Assembly (NCBI GenBank): GCA_038845265.1
Contig: JAWBQR010000010.1
Location: 1-39,130, forward strand
Source of the DNA: Nitrososphaerota archaeon
GTDB taxonomy: Archaea > Thermoproteota > Nitrososphaeria_A > Caldarchaeales > Calditenuaceae
Direction: 5' to 3'
Length of the DNA: 39,130 nucleotides
Part shown: one piece after another, positions 1 through 9,272 of the stretch
Numbering within the stretch: the first letter of the stretch is position 1
Layout of the letters: each line of letters opens with the position of its first letter
Made by a program: the position numbers and the translations under genes
Notes under the pieces: generated by a model
Databases searched by the model: none
What the model was told of the DNA's origin: nothing
The model's input: only the letters and a program-made list of their open reading frames with translations

Positions 1-863
1 TCGATTAGTTTGTCCATTGGCTTCATTATTTTTGGTATTTGGTCGATTATGTCTGTTGGGAGCATATGCAATCCGAGGTGTTGGTATGCTGTGTCTCCGC
101 ATTTTCCGTTTATATATGCAGCTGCCGCTGCGCATTTTATTGGGCTCTGTATTCGTGTCAATAATCCGGCTGTGATGCCCGTTAGGACGTCTCCTGTCCC
201 TCCAACGGTCATACCTGCGTTGCCTGTCTTGTTGATGTATATCTCGTTGCCGTCTGTGATTATGTCTGTTGGCCCTTTGAGAAGTATTGTCACGTTGTAT
301 TCTTTCGCCTTTTCCGTCGCTAGTGATATTTTTCCGTCTAGGTCTTGTGGTGGCTGCTGTCCAAATAGGCGTTTGAATTCGCCGGCATGAGGGGTAAGGA
401 TGACTTTCTCTCCTTGAATAACTTTGAGGACTGATGGAATCAGGGCCGAGGCATCAAGCACTACGCCTGCACCGAGGCTAAGTAGCTGCTTTACTAGTTC
501 TGTTAATGCTTCCTCTTTGGCAATCGATAGCCCTGGACCAATCGCGGCTGCGTTAATCTGTGGAAGCTTCTTGAGCAGCTTATTAACAGATCTTTTTGTA
601 AGTCTATAGTCTGGTAGAGGAATGATTATTATTGCTGGGCTCATGGCTCTTATTGGGTCTACTAGTGGTTCGGGGACAGCTAGGTAGGTGAGATCGACGC
701 CAGATCTGTATGCAGCCATTGCTGTGAGGAAGGGCGCGCCATGATACATCCAGCTCCCGCCGACTACTAAGACGACCCCATTCTCACCCTTTCTCGAGTT
801 TTTACGCCTTGGCGGAATAATAGACATTACAGTCTCTTCATCTATGATTTTGTAGTTACTCAA
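1..863 (-). CDS. nnrD: ADP/ATP-dependent NAD(P)H-hydrate dehydratase (YjeF C-terminal, carbohydrate kinase family); 3' end runs off the window
   Basis: Not in the ORF track. Manual translation from TTG at 863 gives MSNYKIIDEETVMSIIPPRRKNSRKGENGVVLVVGGSWMYHGAP...AIGPGL...VLDASAL...ILTPHAGEF...LLKGPTD...GMTVGGTGDVLTG, the hallmark YjeF_C motifs. No stop before base 1. Confidence 0.93.
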   Translation of the reverse strand, partial: MSNYKIIDEETVMSIIPPRRKNSRKGENGVVLVVGGSWMYHGAPFLTAMAAYRSGVDLTYLAVPEPLVDPIRAMSPAIIIIPLPDYRLTKRSVNKLLKKLPQINAAAIGPGLSIAKEEALTELVKQLLSLGAGVVLDASALIPSVLKVIQGEKVILTPHAGEFKRLFGQQPPQDLDGKISLATEKAKEYNVTILLKGPTDIITDGNEIYINKTGNAGMTVGGTGDVLTGITAGLLTRIQSPIKCAAAAAYINGKCGDTAYQHLGLHMLPTDIIDQIPKIMKPMDKLI

Positions 864-960
864 GTCGAGTTCAATAGTTAATATTGATGCTAATAATGTT
901 TTAGTTGATGCAAAAATAAACAGAGAGCCACCGCTGATGTCTTATTACGAGTGTTGGGCC

Positions 961-1239
961 CTATTTTTTAGGTGTTATGACGATGTCTATTGTGCTTACG
1001 CTTCTCGGCCTGCCGTCTGTTCCGACACGACCTTCCTCCGTGCCAATGGTTATCTTCTCGATGTTAATGTTCTGGAGAAATCTGCGCCTAACGACCTCGA
1101 CTATGTCTACTGCCTTGCTTATTGCTCTTCCTCTCGCCTTGATAATTACTTTTCTTCCCTCCATCAGGGGCATCGTTGTTGCGAGGACATAGTTCATTGT
1201 CGGCTTCTTACCCACTAGGACTACTGCTTCATTAGACAT
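961..1239 (-). CDS. albA: DNA/RNA-binding chromatin protein Alba
   Basis: VLVGKKPTMNYVLA...IKARGRAISKAVDIVEVVRRRF...SVSTIDI is the Alba signature. ATG at 1239 (MSNEAV) is preferred over 1269 on family length. Confidence 0.96.
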   Translation of the reverse strand: MSNEAVVLVGKKPTMNYVLATTMPLMEGRKVIIKARGRAISKAVDIVEVVRRRFLQNINIEKITIGTEEGRVGTDGRPRSVSTIDIVITPKK

Positions 1240-1332
1240 TCCTGTTTCACCTGCAGGCATTAATTCCATCTCTGCATAATAAAAACTTATCCTCCAATTA
1301 CTTCGTTTAATACATATATAGACAGCAGCTAC

Positions 1333-2547
1333 ATGGGAAAGATAATGATTGAGTCTTTAATTGAGTTTCCCCGATCTATGTATATTGAGAGATCTAAAAA
1401 AGTCAGGGACTTATTGATGGATAGTGGTATTGATGCTTTATTCTTAACGAATGAAGAGAATATCTTTTATTTCTCTGGTGTTAGGTTCTTTCCACCCGGA
1501 GTAAGCTATACTAGACCATCATTCCTAGTACTTCCCAGAGATTCAGATCCTATACTCTTAGTACATGAAAATCATCTTATGCATGCGAAGCTCTCTACTT
1601 GGATAAAGGATGTTAGAAGCTATTCGGAGATGAATGCCGCTCCGCTGGATTCCATTATCCAAATGTTTAAGGATTCTGGTGTTCTGAATAGTAAGATAGC
1701 AGCTGAGTTAGGATATGAACAGAGAATCAACATGCCTTACATTACGTTTAGAAATCTAGAGATGAAAATTTCTAATCAATTTATCGATGGCTCTCATATC
1801 ATATGGAGGTTGAGAATGAAAAAGATGGGAGAAGAGATAGACTGCATTAAAACTGCATGCAGGATACTTGGTAAGGCTTACAGAGAATTATTTGAGAGCA
1901 TCGTACCAGGAATGAGTGAGTTAGAAGTAGCATCGTTAATGAGAGCGACAATATGTAGGCTTGGCGGCGAGCGCCCTTCATTCATTGTACTTAGCACAGC
2001 CATAGATTCTAATACTCATCAAGGAATTTCCGAGTTTTCTCCCCATACATTGTCACTCATGACTAGGCCCCCACTTGATAGAAGAATCAAAAGCGGTGAA
2101 TTAATTTGGATCGATTCAGGCGTAGTCTATAAGGGATATAATTCTGACTTTTCAAGAATCTTTATTCTCGGAAAACCCAGCGATAGGCAGGCAAGAATGT
2201 ACAAGTTAGTTAAACAGCTTACAAGAGAATGTATATCATTCATTAGGCCTGGAGTAAAATGTTCAGATGTCGTCAAGTTTTGTAATAAGTGGTTAAAGAG
2301 CTCTGGACTGGATGTCTCGTTCGAGCATGGTAGAATTGGCCACGGCGTCGGACTTTTAGTGACTGAGCCTCCGCATATTGGAATTTATGACGATACAACA
2401 ATCGAGCCAGGAATGGTATTAACGATAGAGCCGGGAATCACAACTGATTACGGAACATTCCATCTAGAGGAAAATATCGTGGTAAGAGAGACCGGCGAGC
2501 CGGAGATTATAAGTCCACAAGAGGACTATTTTCTCTATAAAGAATAA
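1333..2547 (+). CDS. Xaa-Pro peptidase family (M24B) metallopeptidase with creatinase-like N-terminal domain
   Basis: N-terminal ENIFYFSG; metal-ligand motifs WIDSG..YNSDFSR, GHGVGL..EPPH, TIEPG, HLEEN. Confidence 0.9.
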   Translation: MGKIMIESLIEFPRSMYIERSKKVRDLLMDSGIDALFLTNEENIFYFSGVRFFPPGVSYTRPSFLVLPRDSDPILLVHENHLMHAKLSTWIKDVRSYSEMNAAPLDSIIQMFKDSGVLNSKIAAELGYEQRINMPYITFRNLEMKISNQFIDGSHIIWRLRMKKMGEEIDCIKTACRILGKAYRELFESIVPGMSELEVASLMRATICRLGGERPSFIVLSTAIDSNTHQGISEFSPHTLSLMTRPPLDRRIKSGELIWIDSGVVYKGYNSDFSRIFILGKPSDRQARMYKLVKQLTRECISFIRPGVKCSDVVKFCNKWLKSSGLDVSFEHGRIGHGVGLLVTEPPHIGIYDDTTIEPGMVLTIEPGITTDYGTFHLEENIVVRETGEPEIISPQEDYFLYKE

Positions 2548-2592
2548 ATTAATGACTTTACTCGACCATAGCTGCTGAATAATAAATAAGTA

Positions 2593-2598
2593 TTTAAA
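2593..2598 (+). promoter_or_regulatory. Candidate TATA box for dnaG
   Basis: TTTAAA preceded by a purine-rich BRE-like run, 44 nt upstream of the GTG start; GAGGAG lies in the leader. Confidence 0.45.
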
Positions 2599-2641
2599 CT
2601 GCTGCTAAGAAAAAGATTTGAGAGGAGCTTAATAGTTATAG

Positions 2642-3847
2642 GTGAATGATTTGAGTACCCAGTCATTATCAACGAAATATATCATAGAGGCGAGGATAGA
2701 GGTCGACGGCGTAGTTGATAAGAACGATGTGATAGGCGCGACTTTCGGACAGACAGAAGGAATATTTAGTTCTGACCTAGACTTGAGGGAGCTCCAGAAG
2801 AGCGGAAGAATAGGTAGAATTGAAGTTCAAGTGCATTCGCAGGGGGGAAGGACCATTGGGAAGATAATTATTCCAAGCAGCATGGATAGATTTTATACAG
2901 CACTCATAGCAGCGATGGTAGAGAGTCTAGACAAGGTAGGACCGTACTCAGCCAAGGTCACGATCGAGAAGATAGAAGACGTGAGGGGGGAGAAGAGAAA
3001 AAAGATCGTCGAGAGGGCCCGTGCAATTCTCTATGAATGGGAGAAGCAAAAGGTGCCGATGGAGACAGAGGTCATAAGGGAGCTTGAAGAATCTGTACTG
3101 AAGGCTAAACTCATCGAGTTAGGGCCTGATAAGCTACCCGCCGGCCCAGATGCTGAGACTGCCGACGAGGTAATTATCACTGAGGGGAGAGCTGACGTCA
3201 TAAACCTTATGAGGTATGGATATAGAAATGTCATAGCAGTTGGTGGAGTAAAAGTTCCGGCCTCTCTCCAAAAAATTCTTAGCAAGAAGAGTAGAGTCAT
3301 CGCTTTCCTTGACGGTGATAGAGGAGGAGATATGATCTTGAGGGAGCTCAGCCAAAACTTTAAGGTTGATTTGGTCGCTAGGGCGCCTTATGGAAAAGAA
3401 GTCGAGGAGTTGACGGCTAAGGAGATTAGTGAAGCCTTGGAGGCGGCTGTGCCTCTAGAAGAGGCGCTGAAGCGAGCGAGAATATCTGTAACACCTACCG
3501 TTGATACTAAGCAGCTCCTAGGAGACATATTGGAAAAGATCCAGCCATTAGTAGGAGAGATAGAGGGAAATTTAATGGGTATCGTCTTGGATAAGGATAT
3601 GAATGAACTCTTTAGAGTGCCTGTAAGTGAGCTTGCGCAAAAACTTTCTGAGACCCCTCAATTCAAGTACGTCGTGTTTGACGGCGTCATTACCCAGAGA
3701 TTAGTAGACATAGCGGCTGCTAGGGACGAAGATATATTCTTGATTGGCGCAAGGCTCGGAGAGAACCTATCGTTGAAACCACACATACATGTGTTAACGA
3801 TGGATAAGCTGCGAAGCGAGTATGCATCTGAGCACTCACAAAACTAA
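2642..3847 (+). CDS. dnaG: Archaeal DnaG (TOPRIM protein, exosome-associated)
   Basis: KYIIEARIEVDGVVDKNDVIGATFGQTEG, LRELQKSGRIGRI, TEGRADVINL, FLDGDRGG, FDGVITQRLVD. Confidence 0.96.
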   Translation: MNDLSTQSLSTKYIIEARIEVDGVVDKNDVIGATFGQTEGIFSSDLDLRELQKSGRIGRIEVQVHSQGGRTIGKIIIPSSMDRFYTALIAAMVESLDKVGPYSAKVTIEKIEDVRGEKRKKIVERARAILYEWEKQKVPMETEVIRELEESVLKAKLIELGPDKLPAGPDAETADEVIITEGRADVINLMRYGYRNVIAVGGVKVPASLQKILSKKSRVIAFLDGDRGGDMILRELSQNFKVDLVARAPYGKEVEELTAKEISEALEAAVPLEEALKRARISVTPTVDTKQLLGDILEKIQPLVGEIEGNLMGIVLDKDMNELFRVPVSELAQKLSETPQFKYVVFDGVITQRLVDIAAARDEDIFLIGARLGENLSLKPHIHVLTMDKLRSEYASEHSQN

Positions 3848-4902
3848 TACTTACTTACCATTATAATTCCACCAAAGGAATCTATTTTTTCAGCTGCCTC
3901 CGTGCCTGAAAGGATTATTCTTAATTCTATTTTTCCCCTTTCTGCTTCTGAGAGTATTGTTTGAATTCTTGAATCCTCGAGCGACCTCCATAGATAGTCC
4001 TCAGTCACTAAGACCAGACCTCTATTACCGGTGTTTATTGATCTAAAAACTTCTTCGAGCCCCATCTTTGTCGATTCAGGAGATTTTGATGCACGTCTTA
4101 TGGCATCCTCAACTATGAACGCGTCCTCTAATGGCTTAAGATGTTTACCTATTGCACCACTCCTCATGGCCTCTAGTAGTCCTTCAATTCCACCGCTTGA
4201 CGCATTGACATGACGCCTGATCAGTCTTCCAAATTCTCGTCTATTACTCTTGAGTTCCTTTGAAAATCTCTCAATTATTACGGATGGTCCGAGCAGAATG
4301 ACCTCTACCTTACGTCTAGGACCCAGTTCCTCTTCCAATATCTTGATAACTTCCTCTACGTTTTTGATAAAAGTATCATTATCTTGGTTGTGGGGTAGAT
4401 TCTTTACGAGTGGGGTGAGGTCCTTCGTCCTAAGTATCTTGATTCCTGCATTTGATATGTGAATTAAGGCAAATTTTTCATCATCAATCGATATGCATAA
4501 TATCTCGCTAGTGAGCCTAGCAGCTGCGGACTTTGCAAGAGATAGGATGTATGGAAAATTCTTTCTACTCTCAATCTCTATTGGTTTTTCTTGTTCTATA
4601 TGAATCGTGTGATGTTTTTTTATGATGTCTATATCTCTATCAACATATGTGACGATGCCTAATAATGATATGCGTTTCATTAATGGGTCTACTGTCTTTT
4701 TACTTACTTCTATTCCTATCTTGAGAATTACGCGTTCACTGTCTATATCTCCTGATGCTCGTTGCTTCTTCACTTCTCTGGTTGTCTCTGAATAAACTAT
4801 GTCGCCCGGCTCGACCAGCCTATATATGTTGAGAAGATCTATGCTTGATTCTGGAATAAGTTTTATTCTTCGCTTTAGCTTATCAATGTTAATGACCCTC
4901 AT
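3844..4902 (-). CDS. pelA: Pelota/Dom34 ribosome-rescue factor, divergent
   Basis: KLIPESSIDLLNIYRLVEPGDIVYSETTREVK, HHTIHIE, SSGGIEGLLEAMR, C-terminal SFGGI; 352 aa with eRF1-like three-domain layout. Confidence 0.88.
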   Translation of the reverse strand: MRVINIDKLKRRIKLIPESSIDLLNIYRLVEPGDIVYSETTREVKKQRASGDIDSERVILKIGIEVSKKTVDPLMKRISLLGIVTYVDRDIDIIKKHHTIHIEQEKPIEIESRKNFPYILSLAKSAAARLTSEILCISIDDEKFALIHISNAGIKILRTKDLTPLVKNLPHNQDNDTFIKNVEEVIKILEEELGPRRKVEVILLGPSVIIERFSKELKSNRREFGRLIRRHVNASSGGIEGLLEAMRSGAIGKHLKPLEDAFIVEDAIRRASKSPESTKMGLEEVFRSINTGNRGLVLVTEDYLWRSLEDSRIQTILSEAERGKIELRIILSGTEAAEKIDSFGGIIMVSKY

Positions 4903-5603
4903 TTGTTTACTCTTCTCCTCAATACTGGGTTCTCATTAATTATTGTTTTCAATACTTGTGTGAATGTCTCTCCTTCACCGAGTTCGACCTCTATGAATCT
5001 TCCTGTCTTCCCATGCTCTTTTCTTTTCTCTAATACATGTAGTCTCTCTCTCAGTGTCTTTGGGTCTACACCTATTAGCTTGGCGGCCAGGTCTGGGTCT
5101 TGTCGAGCTGGAAATTCCATGTGTCCATCCTCTACAGGCATTATGACTATCATTGACTTATTCATTCCTCTAGTTCTCTTCCCACTCAAAATGTCGTTGT
5201 AGTTCAGCTTACCTGCTATTGAGTAGAACTCAGCCTCGACTGGAAGCATGTCTATCAATGGAAAAGAGATTGAGATTAATTCATCAATAAATATGTAGCC
5301 CTTAACCACATATCCAGGAGTTGCCTGTACTACTTTTCGATTTATCCATCCCCCGAGATTCTTCTCCACGATTGTCTCTATCAGCGCGGGGTTTACGACT
5401 TGCTCGATAAAGACATCGATGTCGCTATCCTCATCTACGTCTCCCCTCGCTATGCTTCCATAAACAATTGGGTCGTAACCATTCATGTATAGTGGAGCCA
5501 TCACTTTCTTAGCGATTTCTCTTTTATCTTTGAGAATTGCCCAGTGCTCCTCGTTGTATACTACGTGTCTATAGAATTGTCCATCTTGACTCGCAGTTGC
5601 CAT
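4899..5603 (-). CDS. Pol-beta superfamily nucleotidyltransferase (archaeal COG2413-like)
   Basis: YGSIARGDVDEDSDIDVF (GS-x10-DxD), VVQATP..VKGYI, C-terminal RKEHGKTGRF. Stop overlaps the pelota start (ATGA). Confidence 0.85.
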   Translation of the reverse strand: MATASQDGQFYRHVVYNEEHWAILKDKREIAKKVMAPLYMNGYDPIVYGSIARGDVDEDSDIDVFIEQVVNPALIETIVEKNLGGWINRKVVQATPGYVVKGYIFIDELISISFPLIDMLPVEAEFYSIAGKLNYNDILSGKRTRGMNKSMIVIMPVEDGHMEFPARQDPDLAAKLIGVDPKTLRERLHVLEKRKEHGKTGRFIEVELGEGETFTQVLKTIINENPVLRRRVNK

Positions 5604-5622
5604 ATATATCTAATCTATCAAG

Positions 5623-5637
5623 TAGTCAAACTGACTA
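5623..5637. promoter_or_regulatory. Perfect inverted repeat TAGTCA-aac-TGACTA in the divergent NTase/topA promoter
   Basis: 6-3-6 palindrome read directly in a 77-bp intergenic region. Confidence 0.4.
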
Positions 5638-5680
5638 GATAATATATGTTTTAGTTGTTTGTATTATTTGGTGTCTGATA

Positions 5681-7459
5681 ATGGGGCCTCCTGTTCAGCC
5701 AAGGTATATAATAGTAGCAGAGAAGTCAAGCGTGGCGAAAGCTATTAAGGAGGCCCTCAAATCAGTTGGCGGAGAGTTTATCGTAACAAGTGTGAGTGGA
5801 CATCTCCTAGACCTTGATCTGCCGGAGGAGTATAGAAATTGGTGGGCAATTAGTCCTGAGTCAATTATTAGGTTGAGGAGGCTAAACCAAGTAGTCAGGG
5901 ATGAGGAGTCATTCTCTAGGCTTTCAAAAATCTTCAAGGAAAATAATGGAGTGTTGGTGGTTGCCACTGACAATGACCATGAGGGCGAGTTAATAGGCGC
6001 CGAGATTCTTTCACTCTACAGGTCTATCCGGGGAGAATATGCGTCGTTCAAGAGGATGCGTTTCAACTCAACAGCTAGGAAGGAGTTGCTGGATAGTTGG
6101 AGTAAACTTGAAGACGATCTAAACTGGAGGTGGGTCGAGAAGGCTAGGCTAAGGCAGGCATTCGACCTTATAACCGGAGCAGCATTTACACGACTACTAA
6201 CGCTCTCTACTAGGAGGCATAACAGGAATGTTGGTCTAATTAGTTGGGGAAGCTGTCAGATACCTACGCTTTACTTTGTCGTTAAGCGTGAAAGAGAGAT
6301 TGAAGCATTCAAGCCGATGAAGTACTGGTATCTTAAGGTAACATTTGAAACGATTGGGGGTGAAAGATTTACTGCTTATTCGCATCACTTAGATGAGCCG
6401 CGCATTGCTGAGGAACTCTATAACAAGGCGGTGAAGAGCAATGTAGCTATAGTAAAGTCGTTTAGGAGTGTTAGAAAAACGGTGCCTAGACCCTTGCCCT
6501 CTAGGACAGACGATGTGTTGAGAGACCTTACTAGGCTTACGGGAGTGCCTGCATCAAGACTCTTATCAATGATGGAGACACTATATTCAGAAGGATACAT
6601 CAGCTATCCTAGGACAGATACAAACAAGTATCCTCCAAAATTCAGTTTCGATATAGGGCTTAAGGCTGTTCTCGAAAGTGGCGTAGCTAAAGAGCCGTCT
6701 AAGGCAGTACCGATGCCTAGACAGGGGAGACTCGACGATGGTGCGCATCCACCGATTTTTCCCGTAGCACCATTCAAGGGGGGAGGAATACTCTGGAGAA
6801 TCTGGGAATATATCGCTAGGAGGTTTTATGCAAATGCATATTGCGATGATGCTGAACTTACAGGGCAAGAAGCAGAAATTCTCATTGATGAGATTGAACT
6901 GTTTGCAAAGGGAAGCTACGTGTCTTCGATGGGATTCTATGATGTCTTCGGATACTTCAAGCCGAGAGAGAATAGGTTGCCACAACTCATGCCTGGCCAG
7001 CAACTTAGAATAGTTAAGACCGAGCTAGTAGAGGATGAGACTAAGCCTCCACCGAGACTATCAGAGGCAGAGCTTTTAAGAAAAATGGAGGAGAACAATA
7101 TAGGTACGGACGCTACACGCGCTTCTTTTCCCTCCCTTATAGTTGAAAGGGGGTACGTCGAGAGGAGATCAGGCGTGTATATTCCCACAAAGCTTGGGCT
7201 AGCATTGGTTGACTCGCTTGAATTGACCGACCAGAGACTCGTGACGCCGGCTACAAGGAGAACAATTGAGGAAATGATGAATGCGATCGAGAGGGGCGAG
7301 ATAAAATACTCTGATGCTCTTGATAGTGCCGCAAAAATGTATGAGCCTCTCTTCTTGAAATGTCTTGAGAGCATCGATAATGTAGCTAAGAAATTATCAA
7401 TAGCTGTCCAGACCGACGATGCTCAAAGACCCAGAAGATTACACAGGAGAAAGAAATAA
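5681..7459 (+). CDS. topA: Type IA DNA topoisomerase (archaeal TopA/Topo III type), no C-terminal Zn ribbon
   Basis: VAEKSSVAKAI, SGHL, ATDNDHEGELIG, SWGSCQIPTL, GYISYPRTD (catalytic Tyr), AHPPI, IGTDATRA; ends in basic tail RPRRLHRRKK. Confidence 0.95.
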   Translation: MGPPVQPRYIIVAEKSSVAKAIKEALKSVGGEFIVTSVSGHLLDLDLPEEYRNWWAISPESIIRLRRLNQVVRDEESFSRLSKIFKENNGVLVVATDNDHEGELIGAEILSLYRSIRGEYASFKRMRFNSTARKELLDSWSKLEDDLNWRWVEKARLRQAFDLITGAAFTRLLTLSTRRHNRNVGLISWGSCQIPTLYFVVKREREIEAFKPMKYWYLKVTFETIGGERFTAYSHHLDEPRIAEELYNKAVKSNVAIVKSFRSVRKTVPRPLPSRTDDVLRDLTRLTGVPASRLLSMMETLYSEGYISYPRTDTNKYPPKFSFDIGLKAVLESGVAKEPSKAVPMPRQGRLDDGAHPPIFPVAPFKGGGILWRIWEYIARRFYANAYCDDAELTGQEAEILIDEIELFAKGSYVSSMGFYDVFGYFKPRENRLPQLMPGQQLRIVKTELVEDETKPPPRLSEAELLRKMEENNIGTDATRASFPSLIVERGYVERRSGVYIPTKLGLALVDSLELTDQRLVTPATRRTIEEMMNAIERGEIKYSDALDSAAKMYEPLFLKCLESIDNVAKKLSIAVQTDDAQRPRRLHRRKK

Positions 7460-7488
7460 AGATTACTTTAGAAATTCTATTAAAATAA

Positions 7489-7782
7489 ATGAGCAGAGAC
7501 GAGACACGGATGGTTCGAGCACACGTGTTTGTGTCTGGACTGGTTCAGGGGGTATTTTTCAGGATGCATACGAAGAGGATGGCAGACACACTAAACGTTA
7601 AGGGATGGGTGAGAAATCTGCGGGACGGGAGAGTAGAGGCAGTTTTTGAAGGCCGTGAGAAAGATGTGGAAAAGATGATTGAATGGTGTAAAAAGGGGCC
7701 AAGCGGGGCCATAGTTAGGGAGGTAAACGTCACCTTCCAGGAATATAGAGGAGAATTCAAGGACTTCAGGATAATTTATTAG
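7489..7782 (+). CDS. acyP: Acylphosphatase
   Basis: VSGLVQGVFFR and GWVRNLRDGRVEAVFEG signatures. Confidence 0.96.
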   Translation: MSRDETRMVRAHVFVSGLVQGVFFRMHTKRMADTLNVKGWVRNLRDGRVEAVFEGREKDVEKMIEWCKKGPSGAIVREVNVTFQEYRGEFKDFRIIY

Positions 7783-7786
7783 GACT

Positions 7787-8830
7787 TTAAGGAATAACCA
7801 GCTTATTGAGTATTTTCTTAGTGGTTACTCCACCCTCTATTCCTGCAGCTATTGCGATAAGATTCGATACCTCATTCTCTTTTAGGATAATTGATGCGAC
7901 TGTTAAAACTTTACTTGACTGAGTCTTCGTGAAGACTTTCCTGGCACTAGAAATCATCATTCTATAGAATCCTTCTTCCAGCTCCTTTACCAGAACGACT
8001 GGGTCTGACTGATGAGAAAATCTTGGCAGGATTCCTTTACTAGCTAGTTCTAGTCCCTTTAATACATCCTCGATCCTATTGGATTCATATAACAACTCCA
8101 TGACTATGCCTGGTAATCGACCCTTAATGCCTTTCATGATGGCCCTACACTCATTAGATGGTAATCCCCATATCTTCAGTCTAAGAATTCCAGTTACTAT
8201 GAATGAGTCAATCATTGGATTAAAGATCTCACGATATAGTTTTCTGTCCATCAATTCTGATTTTTTAATCGCATGAAGAATCATCTCCATCATGACTTTA
8301 TCTAGCTTTAACTCAAAAACAGATGGATCGCCTGTCTGCTCGAATAATGAATATGCCTCTAAGAGGGCCTTGCCAAAAACTGTTTCGCCTAACTCATCTA
8401 CGGCCTCCTTCAACGTCTTGGCCGTCATTGCTCTGACTATTGTATCTCGAGTCCCCATCAACTCCTCTGCTCGTAGATCTATGATCTTCATTAACTCATC
8501 ATGAGTTTTTCCAGTAGCCAGTCCTCTATAGATTGTCTTTAAATTTCTGATCATGTGTCTTTGGTAAAGCGTATTTAGGACCTTGTTGTTCCTCATTAGC
8601 CTGTGATATTTGAAATGTGTCTCAATTAGTGTTCTCCTCAGTGCCTGCTCAATTTTTAATGCCGTGATGGGGGGCGTTATTCTAGACAACTCGTTTGAAT
8701 ACTTAGTAGCTCTCAGAGCATTTACTAATTCGGTAAGACTAGATGATTCTGCCAGCTCCTCATATATTCGTCCCCCGAAAAGTGCACCTTTTTCTCCGAA
8801 GCTCTTAGCCAACAGATATGCAGGGTCCAT
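7787..8830 (-). CDS. atpC: A/V-type ATP synthase subunit C (AC39/d family)
   Basis: 347 aa, helical; YEELAESSSLTELVNALRATKY, IEQALRRTL, RNLKTIYRG, LKENEVSNLIAIAAGIEGG; adjacent to a subunit H-like gene. Confidence 0.85.
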   Translation of the reverse strand: MDPAYLLAKSFGEKGALFGGRIYEELAESSSLTELVNALRATKYSNELSRITPPITALKIEQALRRTLIETHFKYHRLMRNNKVLNTLYQRHMIRNLKTIYRGLATGKTHDELMKIIDLRAEELMGTRDTIVRAMTAKTLKEAVDELGETVFGKALLEAYSLFEQTGDPSVFELKLDKVMMEMILHAIKKSELMDRKLYREIFNPMIDSFIVTGILRLKIWGLPSNECRAIMKGIKGRLPGIVMELLYESNRIEDVLKGLELASKGILPRFSHQSDPVVLVKELEEGFYRMMISSARKVFTKTQSSKVLTVASIILKENEVSNLIAIAAGIEGGVTTKKILNKLVIP

Positions 8831-8839
8831 CTAGGACAC

Positions 8840-9172
8840 CTATAATCCGAGAAGCCTCTTTGCCACATCCTCAACTATTTTTTCCCTATTCTCCTCAAGT
8901 CTTTTCCTGAGCTGCTCAATCCTTGAATTATATTCTTTTATAATTCTCTCCGATTCGATTTCAGCCTTCTTCCTTGCCTCCTCCATCAATCTCTTTTTAT
9001 CCTCCTCTAGAACTTGATTAAATAGCTGATCTGTATTTCTTATCACTTCTTCAACTAGGCTGTGGATCTCGCGCCTGTAGCGGGATGCAATTTCTTCAAG
9101 TTCGTCAAGCCGCTGCTCGACTGCCTTGACCTTCTCAATAACGCTTGGAGGATGCTGCATCCGAGTCGTCAA
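8840..9172 (-). CDS. A/V-type ATP synthase peripheral-stalk subunit H (G-like)
   Basis: About 110-aa charged coiled coil (EEARKKAEIESERIIKE...NREKIVEDVAKRLLG) immediately upstream of subunit C; the start may be ATG at 9160. Confidence 0.72.
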   Translation of the reverse strand: MTTRMQHPPSVIEKVKAVEQRLDELEEIASRYRREIHSLVEEVIRNTDQLFNQVLEEDKKRLMEEARKKAEIESERIIKEYNSRIEQLRKRLEENREKIVEDVAKRLLGL

Positions 9173-9272
9173 GTGCCTTGTCTACCATTTAAGGATTAAA
9201 GAGAGAATCTTGTGGGCTGCGGAATCTTTAATATCGGGCTATAGCGTATGAAATGGATAGGGTGTAAAGATC

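Noticed and set aside
10-609. + strand ORFs of 126 and 61 aa
   Set aside because: Antisense shadows of nnrD.
864-960. C/D box sRNA candidate (TTGATGC twice, CTGA)
   Set aside because: The boxes do not match RUGAUGA and the spacing is wrong. It is more simply the alba terminator plus the nnrD promoter.
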